Position numbers and translations under genes: made by a program. Positions 1 through 9,480 of a DNA stretch of 64,000 nucleotides are shown here, piece after piece (the stretch's first letter is position 1; the number at the start of each line of letters is the position of its first letter). This DNA is from Candidatus Poribacteria bacterium (lineage in GTDB: Bacteria > Poribacteria > WGA-4E > WGA-3G): positions 256,001 through 320,000 of the forward strand of contig CBDANF010000002.1 in the NCBI GenBank assembly GCA_965197475.1, written 5' to 3'. Below the pieces are notes generated by a model, which saw only the letters and a program-made list of their open reading frames with translations, was not told where the DNA came from and searched no databases.

Positions 1-1296
1 ATCTTCAGCCACTCTAATGTTGTCTCTTGGAACACCGACAGACTCAGCAAGTTCGGCGTGTCGCACCAGATTTTGATATTCTCCGTGTATAGGGACGAAA
101 AACTTGGGTTGCAAGAGGTTAAGCATCAGTTTCAAGTCTTCACTTGAGCCGTGACCTGAAACGTGGACATTTGCATTGCGTTCATGGAATATGTTAGCAC
201 CGCGTCTCAGTAGATGGTTTACGACATTTCCAATAGATTTCTCGTTGCCGGGAATAATACGGGCAGAGATTACGACTGTGTCGTTCGGTTCAACCTTTAA
301 AAAAGGGTGGTTGTCAAGTGACATCAAGGTCATCGCGGAGCGCGGTTCGCCTTGGCTACCAGTGCATAAAATAACAACCTCATGCGGTTTGAACATAGAT
401 GCATCGCGGGCATCAATCAAATAATCAGGATTCATTTTGAGATGACCAAGTTCAGTTGCTGTGCGGACATTGTTGATCATGGAACGTCCAGTAACAGCAA
501 CGAGCCGCTGATGTTTCAGTGCCAAATCTATGAATTGTTGCAGACGGTGGAGGCTTGAAGAAAAAGTGCAGAGGAACAGTCTCTGCTCCGTTTTTTGAAA
601 GATATTGTCTATTGCATCGTAAATGCTGCGTTCGGAAGGTGTCTGTCCCGGCCAGTTGGCGTTCGTGCTGTCGGATAGCAGTAACTGAACTCCCTCAGAA
701 CCTAATCGGGCTAACGTTTGAATATCGGTCAACTTACCGTCAATAGGTGTTCCGTCAAACTTGAAATCCCCTGTATGGACGATAACACCAATAGGGGTTC
801 GCAGCGCGATTGCAACTGAATCCGGTATACTATGTGTAACGTGAATGAACTCGGCAGTGAATTTGCCTAATGTTACGGTATCTCCAGGGGTGATGGGATT
901 CAGTTGTGCTTTACCTAATACGCCGTATTCTTTCAGTCTACCGCTTGCGATTGAAAGTGTTAGTTGCGTGCCGTAAACTGGCACATCTAACTGTTGCAAC
1001 ACATAAGCCAAAGCACCGATGTGATCTTCGTGACCATGTGTTAAAAGTATCCCGCGAACCTTATCTTGCCGTTCAACGAGGTAGTGGATATCTGGAAAGA
1101 TTAGATCAACACCGGGCATGTCTGAATTCGGTAACATGAAACCTGTATCAATGACAATCATGTCATCTTCAGTCGCGTAGACCATCATGTTGAGTCCGAA
1201 TTCGCCTAATCCTCCTAATGGTATGATCGAAATACTTCCGTTAAGGATCTCTTCATTAAGGATCTCTTCATTTTTAATAAGTGTTGAATTTGTCAT
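1..1296 (-). CDS. rnj: Ribonuclease J (3' end runs off window)
   Basis: Manual minus-strand translation from ATG at 1296 gives ...IIPLGGLGEFGLNMM...DTGFMLP...PGVDLIFPD...LTHGHEDHIG, plus HVSGHG near the left edge. These are MBL/beta-CASP RNase J motifs. Confidence 0.93.
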   Translation of the reverse strand, partial: MTNSTLIKNEEILNEEILNGSISIIPLGGLGEFGLNMMVYATEDDMIVIDTGFMLPNSDMPGVDLIFPDIHYLVERQDKVRGILLTHGHEDHIGALAYVLQQLDVPVYGTQLTLSIASGRLKEYGVLGKAQLNPITPGDTVTLGKFTAEFIHVTHSIPDSVAIALRTPIGVIVHTGDFKFDGTPIDGKLTDIQTLARLGSEGVQLLLSDSTNANWPGQTPSERSIYDAIDNIFQKTEQRLFLCTFSSSLHRLQQFIDLALKHQRLVAVTGRSMINNVRTATELGHLKMNPDYLIDARDASMFKPHEVVILCTGSQGEPRSAMTLMSLDNHPFLKVEPNDTVVISARIIPGNEKSIGNVVNHLLRRGANIFHERNANVHVSGHGSSEDLKLMLNLLQPKFFVPIHGEYQNLVRHAELAESVGVPRDNIRVAED

Positions 1297-1339
1297 AAGA
1301 TAATCTAAGTTTCCACCTATGGTCAGTTAACGATTTGCT

Positions 1340-2365
1340 TTATTGCCAATGCAGATCAAAGTAATCGTAAGTAGTTGAGGTAATTTGCTGCATTTTGCCG
1401 GTTTCAACATCTAAGATGAAGATTTCGCTGGTGCGTCGTCCGTCCGAATCTTTACCGATAAATGCAACCTGGCTTCCGTCCGGACTCCATGTCGCGTCCC
1501 GTCCTGGGTAAAGACTCAGATTCTGATAGCTCTTAAATCGTCCCTGTTCTACAGTAGCAACGCATATCTCATCTGACGTATAAAACAGAAACTGTTTGCC
1601 ATCTGGTGACCACTCTTCAATGTTTTCACACGGCGGCTCGTTTTGTTGCAGAAACCATCTTCTCCCCATACTGACGACATCCGGTTCTGCAAGTGCAAGC
1701 AACTCCTCAGTCATAAAGGCTATCCATTTATGGTCTGGCGACCACTTGGGCCATTGTGTTCCCTTCGGCAACACTTCAAGTAATCTTCTATGCGGGTTTT
1801 TTACCGTTTTGCCCTTCACATCCCAATGTAACCATCCCTTTGCCCACTGCTCGCTCCGCCACCGTTTTATTTTTCCACCAACCGTTACCTCCCAATTTTC
1901 CAACCGATCTTTCGGGCGGTCAACCTCGATTACAACCAGAACGGCGTTACTTAACGGCGACCACCAGAAATCGTGAATATCATACTGTTTCTTGATCAGT
2001 TGCTTGTTCTCGGTGCCATCTGCCCACATCATATATAGCGATTTTGCGCCGTTGATCCCAGATATGTAAGCAATTCGCTCCCTATCCGGTGACCATCGCG
2101 GCTTGCGCGAAACCCCATTATTGGTGAGTCGGCGGAAATCTGTGCCGTCTGGATTCATCGTACAAATGTTATACTGATGAAATTCCCACCAATTTGTTGT
2201 ATCTCGACCCCTCTGCAGCGTCCGTGTTGTGGCTCGAAAACCGTCTTCATTCATAAACGGTTCACGGATGGCAAAGACCAATTTACCTGCACTTTCCTCT
2301 GCAAACACAACGCTACCTACCATGACAACTAATATGAACACACTCATCACACATTTGATACGCAT
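1340..2365 (-). CDS. Secreted TolB-like (PD40) beta-propeller protein
   Basis: N-terminal signal peptide; repeated WSPDG/WSPD motifs. Confidence 0.8.
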   Translation of the reverse strand: MRIKCVMSVFILVVMVGSVVFAEESAGKLVFAIREPFMNEDGFRATTRTLQRGRDTTNWWEFHQYNICTMNPDGTDFRRLTNNGVSRKPRWSPDRERIAYISGINGAKSLYMMWADGTENKQLIKKQYDIHDFWWSPLSNAVLVVIEVDRPKDRLENWEVTVGGKIKRWRSEQWAKGWLHWDVKGKTVKNPHRRLLEVLPKGTQWPKWSPDHKWIAFMTEELLALAEPDVVSMGRRWFLQQNEPPCENIEEWSPDGKQFLFYTSDEICVATVEQGRFKSYQNLSLYPGRDATWSPDGSQVAFIGKDSDGRRTSEIFILDVETGKMQQITSTTYDYFDLHWQ

Positions 2366-2477
2366 AAGTCCTCCTATTTGAAATGAGGGTACATCTTGGC
2401 ATTGAACAAACCCGACTTTCTTGACATAATCCTTTTTCTTACAGTTTCCGCTAACTATTAGTCATTCCGGATGATCT

Positions 2478-5063
2478 CTAAACAACGATATTAATCAGGC
2501 GATTCGGGACAACAATTACCTTCCGAATCGGTTTTCCTTCAATAAACCGTTGAACCCGTTCATCTGTGAGAGCTGCTTCCTCTATCTCTTTTTCGGTAGC
2601 ATCAGTAGGGAGTTGGAGCCGATTTCGGAGTTTTCCGTTTACTTGTGCGATGATGGTTACGGTGGCACTCGTTAGGATGGATTCGTCATGTGTGGGCCAC
2701 TGTTCGTGCGCGATGAACCCTATTTCACCGAGACGGTGCCACAATTCTTGCGCAAGGTGCGGCGCGTAGGGTGAAAGCAGATGCAGAAACACCTTCACTG
2801 TCTCTATCGGCAGTGATTTTACCTGCGTTGCAGTGTTAACGAAAATTATCATTTGACTAATCGCGGTGTTCATCTTGTCGATTGACTCTGTGTCCTCTGT
2901 CACCTTCTTGATGGTCTTATGGAGTTCCCGCCAGAGTTCAGATTCTGTTGTACCAGGAGCATCAGTTAACTTCTCATTAAGTTCACCGTTCACTTCATTT
3001 ACAACAAGTCGCCACACGCGTTGAAGGAATCGATAGACACCCTCCACACCTGCGTCCTGCCACGGTGTACTGGCTGTGACGGGTCCAATAGACAGCAGAG
3101 AGAGACGAATTGCATCCGCGCCGTATTTGTCAATCACATCGTCTGAATTGATGACATTAAAACGGGATTTAGACATCTTTTCTATTTGCACATTGAGTGG
3201 TGTGCCATTGGTTTTTGCCACCGCTGATTTCCCGTCGTTCTGTTTAACTTCATGTGGGTAATAGTACTTGCCCGCGTCGTCTTGATACGATTCGGCAAGG
3301 ATTGTCCCTTGGTTCACCAAGCCTTGGAACGGTTCCTTGGTCGAGACTAAGCCGCAATCGTGCAGAACCTTATGCCAAAATCGAGCGTAAAGCAGATGTA
3401 ACACAGCATGTTCTGCGCCACCCAAGTACAGATCGACAGGCATCCAGTAACGTTCAAGTGCCGGATCAAAAGGTGCCTCGGTATTGTGGGCATCAAGGAA
3501 ACGGAGATAATACCAACAGGAGCCTGCCCACTGTGGCATGATGTTCGTTTCCCGTGTCGCTGCTCGCCCATCTAGTAGTGTCACGTTCAACCATTCGGAT
3601 CCAGCACGAGCAAGGGGTGGTTGCCCATCTTCTGTCGGTTTGTAGGCATCAATAGGCGGGAGTTCTAATGGTAGTTCCTCGTCTGGCAGTTGAACAATGG
3701 TTCCATCTTCAAGGTGTGCAAGCGGGAAGGGTTCGCCCCAATACCGTTGTCGCGAGAAGAGCCAATCCCGCAGACGATATTGAACCTGACGCGTGCCTCT
3801 CTTCTCACTTTCAAGCCATGCGATCATCTTTTCCTTAGCATCGTCAACCTGCAAGCCGTTGAGAAAATCGGAGTTTACACAAACGCCATCACCTTCAAAA
3901 GCTTCTTCTTGAACCGTAGTCGCTGAGGCACGGGGACCTTGCGCATCAGAGGAAATGGGAGAGATAACCTCAACGATAGGAATACCAAAAGTTGTGGCGA
4001 ATTCATGGTCGCGTTCATCGTGTCCTGGGACAGCCATGATAGCACCAGTGCCGTAAGTCATAAGGACATAGTCTGCTACCCAGATCGGGATAGGTTGGTT
4101 GTTACATGGATTGATAGCATAAGCACCCGTGAAAACACCGGTTTTTTCCGTGGCGAGGTCGGTGCGTTGGAGATCGGATTTGTTGGCTGCCTCCTGAACG
4201 TAATTGTAAACAGCAGAAACCGCATCGTGGTGCGTTATCTGGGAGACGAGCGGATGTTCAGGTGCAAGCACACAATAGGTTGCACCAAAGAGCGTATCCG
4301 GACGCGTTGTAAACACAGTGAAGTTGGCATCGCTATCTTTGATGTCAAAGGTAATTTCTGCACCTTCCGACTTACCAATCCAATGCCTCTGCATCTCTTT
4401 GAGACCATCGGGCCAATCCAATAGGTCTAAGTCTTCCAGCAATCGATCTGCATAGGCAGTAATTTTGAGCATCCATTGTCGCATCAGGCGACGCTCAACC
4501 GGATCACCAGTTTCAACATATTTTCCGTCCTTTACCTCCTCGTTTGAGAGGACAGTGCCTAACGCCGGGCACCAGTTTACAGGGACATCCGCAAGATATG
4601 CCAAGTCTTTTTCGTAGAGGCGGAGGAAAATCCATTGTGTCCACTTATAATAGTCGGGTAGGGAGGTGTCAATTTCACGCGACCAGTCGTACGAAAAACC
4701 GAGACGTTGAATCTGTTGCCGGAAGGTGTCGGTGTTCCGTTTTGTGATGTGTGCTGGATGTTCATTTTCACGTACTGCTGTCCGCTCTGTCGGAAGCCCG
4801 AATGCATCCCATCCCATCGGGTGCATCACGTGATAGCCCTGCATCCGTCGGAAATTCGCAAGTACATCAGTAGGTAAGTAATTTTTTGAGTGTCCCACGT
4901 GCAACCCGGCACCTGAAGTATATGGGAACATTCCAAGCACATAGAACTTCGGCTTAGTCTTTAGAGTCTCAATATCATTTGGAACTTTAAATGCTTCCTT
5001 TTCTCGCCACTCGGCTTGCCAATAGGGTTCTATTTCTTCCGGGGCATAACTGTGGTTCTCCAT
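2478..5063 (-). CDS. leuS: Leucine--tRNA ligase
   Basis: MFPYTSGAGLHVGH (HIGH) and KMSKS motifs, CP1 editing domain (FTTRPDT, GTGAIMAVPGHDERD). ATG at 5063 has an AAGGAG SD; the ORF-track upstream extension is unlikely. Confidence 0.97.
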   Translation of the reverse strand: MENHSYAPEEIEPYWQAEWREKEAFKVPNDIETLKTKPKFYVLGMFPYTSGAGLHVGHSKNYLPTDVLANFRRMQGYHVMHPMGWDAFGLPTERTAVRENEHPAHITKRNTDTFRQQIQRLGFSYDWSREIDTSLPDYYKWTQWIFLRLYEKDLAYLADVPVNWCPALGTVLSNEEVKDGKYVETGDPVERRLMRQWMLKITAYADRLLEDLDLLDWPDGLKEMQRHWIGKSEGAEITFDIKDSDANFTVFTTRPDTLFGATYCVLAPEHPLVSQITHHDAVSAVYNYVQEAANKSDLQRTDLATEKTGVFTGAYAINPCNNQPIPIWVADYVLMTYGTGAIMAVPGHDERDHEFATTFGIPIVEVISPISSDAQGPRASATTVQEEAFEGDGVCVNSDFLNGLQVDDAKEKMIAWLESEKRGTRQVQYRLRDWLFSRQRYWGEPFPLAHLEDGTIVQLPDEELPLELPPIDAYKPTEDGQPPLARAGSEWLNVTLLDGRAATRETNIMPQWAGSCWYYLRFLDAHNTEAPFDPALERYWMPVDLYLGGAEHAVLHLLYARFWHKVLHDCGLVSTKEPFQGLVNQGTILAESYQDDAGKYYYPHEVKQNDGKSAVAKTNGTPLNVQIEKMSKSRFNVINSDDVIDKYGADAIRLSLLSIGPVTASTPWQDAGVEGVYRFLQRVWRLVVNEVNGELNEKLTDAPGTTESELWRELHKTIKKVTEDTESIDKMNTAISQMIIFVNTATQVKSLPIETVKVFLHLLSPYAPHLAQELWHRLGEIGFIAHEQWPTHDESILTSATVTIIAQVNGKLRNRLQLPTDATEKEIEEAALTDERVQRFIEGKPIRKVIVVPNRLINIVV

Positions 5064-5325
5064 TACACGGGTTCTCCTTACGTTTTTTCTGATAGTATAC
5101 GTCGTGTGCCTACTACTTTTAAAATTGTTGGGGTGTGAAAGTCTTTGTGATTGTATGTAGGACGTTTTATAGGTTGTAATTAGGACGTTTTGCACGTCCT
5201 ACGGACGTGCAAATGCCAAGCAGTACAAGGAATAGGACGTGATTTCGCGTTTTTTGCCTTTTGTCTAGCTTCACTTTGTAGCATAAGCGGTTAATCTCTG
5301 AACATACAATCTTTCTGTGATAATA

Positions 5326-5354
5326 ATTATAACATATACACGTATGTTTGTCAA
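5326..5354 (-). promoter_or_regulatory. Sigma70 promoter for leuS
   Basis: Minus strand TTGACA-17 nt-TATAAT with extended -10 TG. Confidence 0.75.
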
Positions 5355-5685
5355 ATTATTTAGAGGCGTTTGGACTTTTGACAAAACTTTACACACCTAA
5401 ATTATTGCAGTATTAATGCACATTTCCTGAAACTATGTTATACTTAATGTTCGTTGTAGAATTTTAACACAAAATGTATACTGTGTCAAAACAAATCCTC
5501 TCCTTGTAGGCGAAATGGGAATGTAGAAACGCAATGACAGAATTCGCAAAGAATTGTCAATAAAACTTACAGAAATCTCAAAACAAATGTAGCATTTTAA
5601 GACTATCCTTAAACTTAATGGTAACGTGATAGTGTTGCAATAGGTAGTTGTTCTAATCAAAATTCAGAATAGGAGAAGGGAAACG

Positions 5686-7131
5686 GTGAAATTCAATTTA
5701 TCTCGACGTCAGTTTCTCAGCTATGGAGCAGTTGCTGCTGCGTCTGCAGCTGTCGGCTTCGGGTTTTCAGGCGTAAGTCGCAAACTGATAAAACACGTGC
5801 TGGGTTTCAGACCCAAGCCCCCCTATAAATTTAAACCAAGTCCGAACAAACTCCTTGACCTACCAGAAGGATTTGTTAGCCAGGCGTTTTCACGGACTGG
5901 TGAGAAGATGGACGATGGGCTTTGGGTGCCGGGCAAGCACGATGGAATGGCAGCGTTCCCCGGACCTAATGGAAAAACAATCCTGATCCGCAATCACGAA
6001 TTGAACGCAACTGACAAAATTGTCGGGCCTTTTGGGTGGAATAACGAAAAGATTGGCCTGGTTGACACGGAAAAAATCTACGATTTAGGCTCCAAGAAAC
6101 TTCCTTGCCTCGGCGCGACAACAACGCTTGTCTATGATACCCGCACTGCTACCCTTGAAAAACATTTCTTGAGTTTGGCTGGGACAATCCGTAATTGTGC
6201 AGGCGGTCCGACACCTTGGAATACTTGGGTGACTTGTGAGGAAACGGTGCAAAAAGCCGTGAACGTTTTTGAACAGGATCACGGTTACAATTTCGAAGTG
6301 CCTGTTTCTGCTACGCCGGGCTTGGTAACTGCCGTTCCACTAAAAGCGATGGGCAGGTTCAATCATGAAGCTATTGCTGTGGACGCTCACACCGGTATCG
6401 TCTACGAAACCGAAGACAGAAACGACGGATTATTCTATCGCTTCATTCCTGAAGAGCCAGGGAAACTTGTCAAAGGTGGCCGACTTCAAGCATTGAAAAT
6501 CCGAGATATGAAGTCCGCAGATACCCGAAATTGGAAAACCTCACTACAAAAGATTACGCCGTGGACTTATGACCCTATCTTTGTCTCACAGAAAATGGCT
6601 GTTGCATGGGTAGATGTGGAAAATGTAGAGGCACCAAAAGATGATCTTCGCAAGCAGGGGGTTGAGGGTAAAAATGCAGCAAAATTTGCGCGTGGTGAAG
6701 GTATATGGTTCAGTGGAGATGCAATTTATATGGCATGCACGAATGGCGGCATTGCACAGAAAGGGCAAATCTGGCGATACATCCCAAGTCCGTATGAAGG
6801 CACAAGCCGCGAAGATAAAGAACCTGGCACCCTTGAACTCTTTATTGAACCGAACGATAGTAATCTCCTTGAAAATGCAGACAACTTGACGGTTGCACCG
6901 TGGGGCGACCTTATTATTTGTGAAGATGGTTCAAGAGAGCAGTACATCGTTGGCGTTACACCTAAAGGACATACCTATCAATTTGCTCGGAACGCCTCAA
7001 ACACCTCCGAGTTGGCAGGTTCAACGTTCTCGCCAGATGGTACCACGCTCTTTGTCAACATCCAGAATCCGGGGATCACAATCGCTATTACCGGGCCTTG
7101 GCACGAAATACGTCAGCGGCATTTGGCATAA
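5686..7131 (+). CDS. PhoX/DUF839-family alkaline phosphatase, Tat-exported
   Basis: SRRQFL twin-arginine signal; HDGM, RNHE, NCAGGPTPWNTWVTCEE, MGRFNHEA, ARGEG, DNL, ICEDG and NIQNPG motifs. Confidence 0.88.
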   Translation: MKFNLSRRQFLSYGAVAAASAAVGFGFSGVSRKLIKHVLGFRPKPPYKFKPSPNKLLDLPEGFVSQAFSRTGEKMDDGLWVPGKHDGMAAFPGPNGKTILIRNHELNATDKIVGPFGWNNEKIGLVDTEKIYDLGSKKLPCLGATTTLVYDTRTATLEKHFLSLAGTIRNCAGGPTPWNTWVTCEETVQKAVNVFEQDHGYNFEVPVSATPGLVTAVPLKAMGRFNHEAIAVDAHTGIVYETEDRNDGLFYRFIPEEPGKLVKGGRLQALKIRDMKSADTRNWKTSLQKITPWTYDPIFVSQKMAVAWVDVENVEAPKDDLRKQGVEGKNAAKFARGEGIWFSGDAIYMACTNGGIAQKGQIWRYIPSPYEGTSREDKEPGTLELFIEPNDSNLLENADNLTVAPWGDLIICEDGSREQYIVGVTPKGHTYQFARNASNTSELAGSTFSPDGTTLFVNIQNPGITIAITGPWHEIRQRHLA

Positions 7132-7184
7132 AACCTCCTTTCCTTTCACAATTTCCTTTACTACAATCTCAAATTTCATTTTTC

Positions 7185-7212
7185 TTGACTTTTTTATTAT
7201 ATATGGTAATAT
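7185..7212 (+). promoter_or_regulatory. Promoter-like sequence immediately outside the left end of the IS
   Basis: TTGACT-16 nt-TAATAT with TGn extended -10. Confidence 0.45.
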
Positions 7213-7447
7213 AGAAGCATAAATAAACGCAATAAGTAGTTTTGGACTTGCAAAAAACATGTGAAAAAGTGTGATAAACCCTTGTGTAGACAAGGTTTAT
7301 ATGGTATAATATAGATAAGAAAAAAGGGAGGTTGTAGCCTCCCAATTAACCCAAAAAGCAGAGTTGCTTTCTGAAGGTTCTAATCTTATCTGATATTATA
7401 TCAGAAATCCGTCAGAAAAAGCAACTCCTATTTCAAGGAGTTATCTG

Positions 7448-8329
7448 ATGGATTTAATCAAGGTCATGGAACGTTTCCCCGATCAAGAGAGTTGTATTGC
7501 ACATTTAGAGAAGATTCGTTGGCGAGGTAAACCTGTGTGTCCGCATTGTGAAAGCGATCATATAGGAGAACGGACAGAAACAGAAATCGGTCGTATCGGT
7601 CGTTGGAACTGCCACGAGTGCCAAGTGAGTTTCAAGGTGACGTGCAGGTCGGTGTTTCACGGGACAAAGATAGCGTTACAGAAGTGGTTTTTGGCTATTT
7701 CGTTGATAACGAATGCGAAGAAAAGTTTGTCAAGGCATCAACTGGCGCGCGATTTAGACTTGAATCAAAAGACAGCATGGTTTATGATGGCACGTATTCG
7801 TGCTGAAATGGCAAAGAAAGGCGGGGCTTTACTACAAGGTATCATTGAAGCAGATGAGACCTATATTGGCGGTAAACCTCGTAAAAAGAACAAACGTGAA
7901 GATGATGAACCACATAAACGTGGCAGAGGAACGGAGAAAACTGCTATAATAGGAGCAGTGCAACGTGGGGGTAGGGTTGTCGCACAGGTGGCACATAACC
8001 TCACAGGACGCACTATCCTTGAGTTTATTCGGAGTGCTGTAAACCTAAAGGACTCGGAACTAATAACCGATGAGTATCAGGCTTACAACGCTATTGGAAA
8101 GGAAATGAAGCACGCTGTTATCAACCACAAGGTGCAGTTTGCTGATGGTGATACACATACAAACACGATTGAAGGGTTCTGGTCACTACTCAAACGGGCT
8201 TGGTATGGACAGCATCACCATTATCAGACAGGATACACACCGCTGTATGTGGCGGAAGCGTGCTATAAGTATAACTATAGGAGCGTTGACAGCTTGTTTG
8301 TCAAGTTTGTCAACGAAAGTATGTTGTGA
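7448..8329 (+). CDS. IS1595-family (ISXO2-like) transposase
   Basis: Zn ribbon CPHC...CHEC, HTH, catalytic EADETYIGG / ITDE / HTNTIEGFWSLLKR; AAGGAG SD. Confidence 0.93.
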   Translation: MDLIKVMERFPDQESCIAHLEKIRWRGKPVCPHCESDHIGERTETEIGRIGRWNCHECQVSFKVTCRSVFHGTKIALQKWFLAISLITNAKKSLSRHQLARDLDLNQKTAWFMMARIRAEMAKKGGALLQGIIEADETYIGGKPRKKNKREDDEPHKRGRGTEKTAIIGAVQRGGRVVAQVAHNLTGRTILEFIRSAVNLKDSELITDEYQAYNAIGKEMKHAVINHKVQFADGDTHTNTIEGFWSLLKRAWYGQHHHYQTGYTPLYVAEACYKYNYRSVDSLFVKFVNESML

Positions 8330-8346
8330 GAGAAGTTAGAGATTCT

Positions 8347-8559
8347 ATGGCAGATGTATTGAGTCAGCACGGACTAGATAAGAAAAGTGATAGTCCTTCA
8401 AGATCTGCTCTTTCTGAAACAGAATTCTTTGAAGAATTTTGTATCGTTGCTGAATATTTCATCGATGCATTTCACAGGTATGTTGAAGAATTCAGGACTG
8501 CCGATAATGTTCCTCAGACAAAACATTCTGGGAAAACAAGTGAGCTTGACACCGGTTGA
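8347..8559 (+). CDS. Small hypothetical IS passenger protein
   Basis: ORF directly after the transposase stop; no recognisable motif; overlaps a convergent ORF. Confidence 0.35.
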   Translation: MADVLSQHGLDKKSDSPSRSALSETEFFEEFCIVAEYFIDAFHRYVEEFRTADNVPQTKHSGKTSELDTG

Positions 8560-8764
8560 GTGCGTCCATAAAATTATCAAAAGTGGTTAACATTTCCTCT
8601 TTTGATTTGAATTCTAACACCATTTTTGCGCGTTCTTTGTGATGTATGTAGATGTAGAAACTACTTTTTGCGCTTATGTGGCGTTCTTCAGTTTCAATTC
8701 TCTGACACATAGCCAAGTTTAATGCTTTTCTTTCATTATTTTCGGTATATTCAACGAAAAACAT
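8492..8764 (-). CDS. Hypothetical IS passenger protein (90 aa)
   Basis: ATG preceded by AAGGAG SD; lies inside the TIRs. Confidence 0.55.
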   Translation of the reverse strand: MFFVEYTENNERKALNLAMCQRIETEERHISAKSSFYIYIHHKERAKMVLEFKSKEEMLTTFDNFMDALNRCQAHLFSQNVLSEEHYRQS

Positions 8765-8819
8765 GATTTTAATCTCCTTTGGAGTTAGAGGGGACAGGGT
8801 CCCCTCGTTGTCAGAGTTG

Positions 8820-9194
8820 TTATAAGTATTCGGGGATTACTTCTGACACGCTGGTTATTGCTACAGCAATAGATAGTTCACTCTTTAAGCTCCATGTCGA
8901 GCATATAAGTGAGACAACAATCATACGTAAACCAAAAGGTTCAGATGGTTCACCAAGAGTTGCTGTATGCAAAATGCATTCGGTAAATTTATCGCGCTTT
9001 TCATTGGGCACACCAAAGGTGAGAGCAAACCCTCTAATAATCGTTTCATACAATTGCTTTTTGGGAGTATCAGAAGGGTTTAGATCACGCAAGGTTTCAT
9101 AATGTGTCAATGCAAGACGAGGGAATTCCCTTATAAGCCACTTATCTCTATCTTTGTGTTTCCTGCGTTCTTTCCAATCTGAAAACAAAGACAT
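8820..9194 (-). CDS. Hypothetical IS passenger protein (124 aa)
   Basis: ATG preceded by AAGGAG SD; lies inside the TIRs, downstream of a minus-strand TTGACA promoter-like site near 9434. Confidence 0.6.
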   Translation of the reverse strand: MSLFSDWKERRKHKDRDKWLIREFPRLALTHYETLRDLNPSDTPKKQLYETIIRGFALTFGVPNEKRDKFTECILHTATLGEPSEPFGLRMIVVSLICSTWSLKSELSIAVAITSVSEVIPEYL

Positions 9195-9480
9195 AATAGT
9201 CTCCTTGTGTAAAAGGGAGTGGTTTCAGCGATGTAATAAGCTAAATGCAAAGCGATTATTATGTCGCTGATTCTATAAATATGATGTTAACTGTTTGGTT
9301 CACGAGAACTATACACACGAAACTTTCCAATGTTACTTGGTTATGGTAGAGACCGCGCCTTGCGACGCGGGTAACATTCTCTACCAAAGTTTTCGTGATG
9401 TTAATAGGATACTATACTGGCAGGATTTTGTCAAGTAAAAAATTTGAGAAAAATTTTCAAGTCCAAAACTACTCATTGCG

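Larger units (their letters stand above)
7228..9480 (+). mobile_element. IS1595-family element with passenger ORFs (about 2.25 kb)
   Basis: 23-bp terminal inverted repeats: cgcaataagtagttttggacttg (7228-7250) and caagtccaaaactactcattgcg (9458-9480), 1 mismatch; they enclose the transposase. Confidence 0.88.

Noticed and set aside
5064-5195. N-terminal extension of LeuS in the ORF track
   Set aside because: ATG at 5063 has a good SD and matches the normal LeuRS start; the extension runs through repeats
5064-5320. Possible T-box in the ~255-nt leuS leader
   Set aside because: No TGGNACC-type T-box bulge or specifier loop on the minus strand; only REP-like hairpins
9395-9480. ORF-track start of the methyltransferase
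   Set aside because: These codons lie inside the IS right end, including the TIR; they are not MTase sequence
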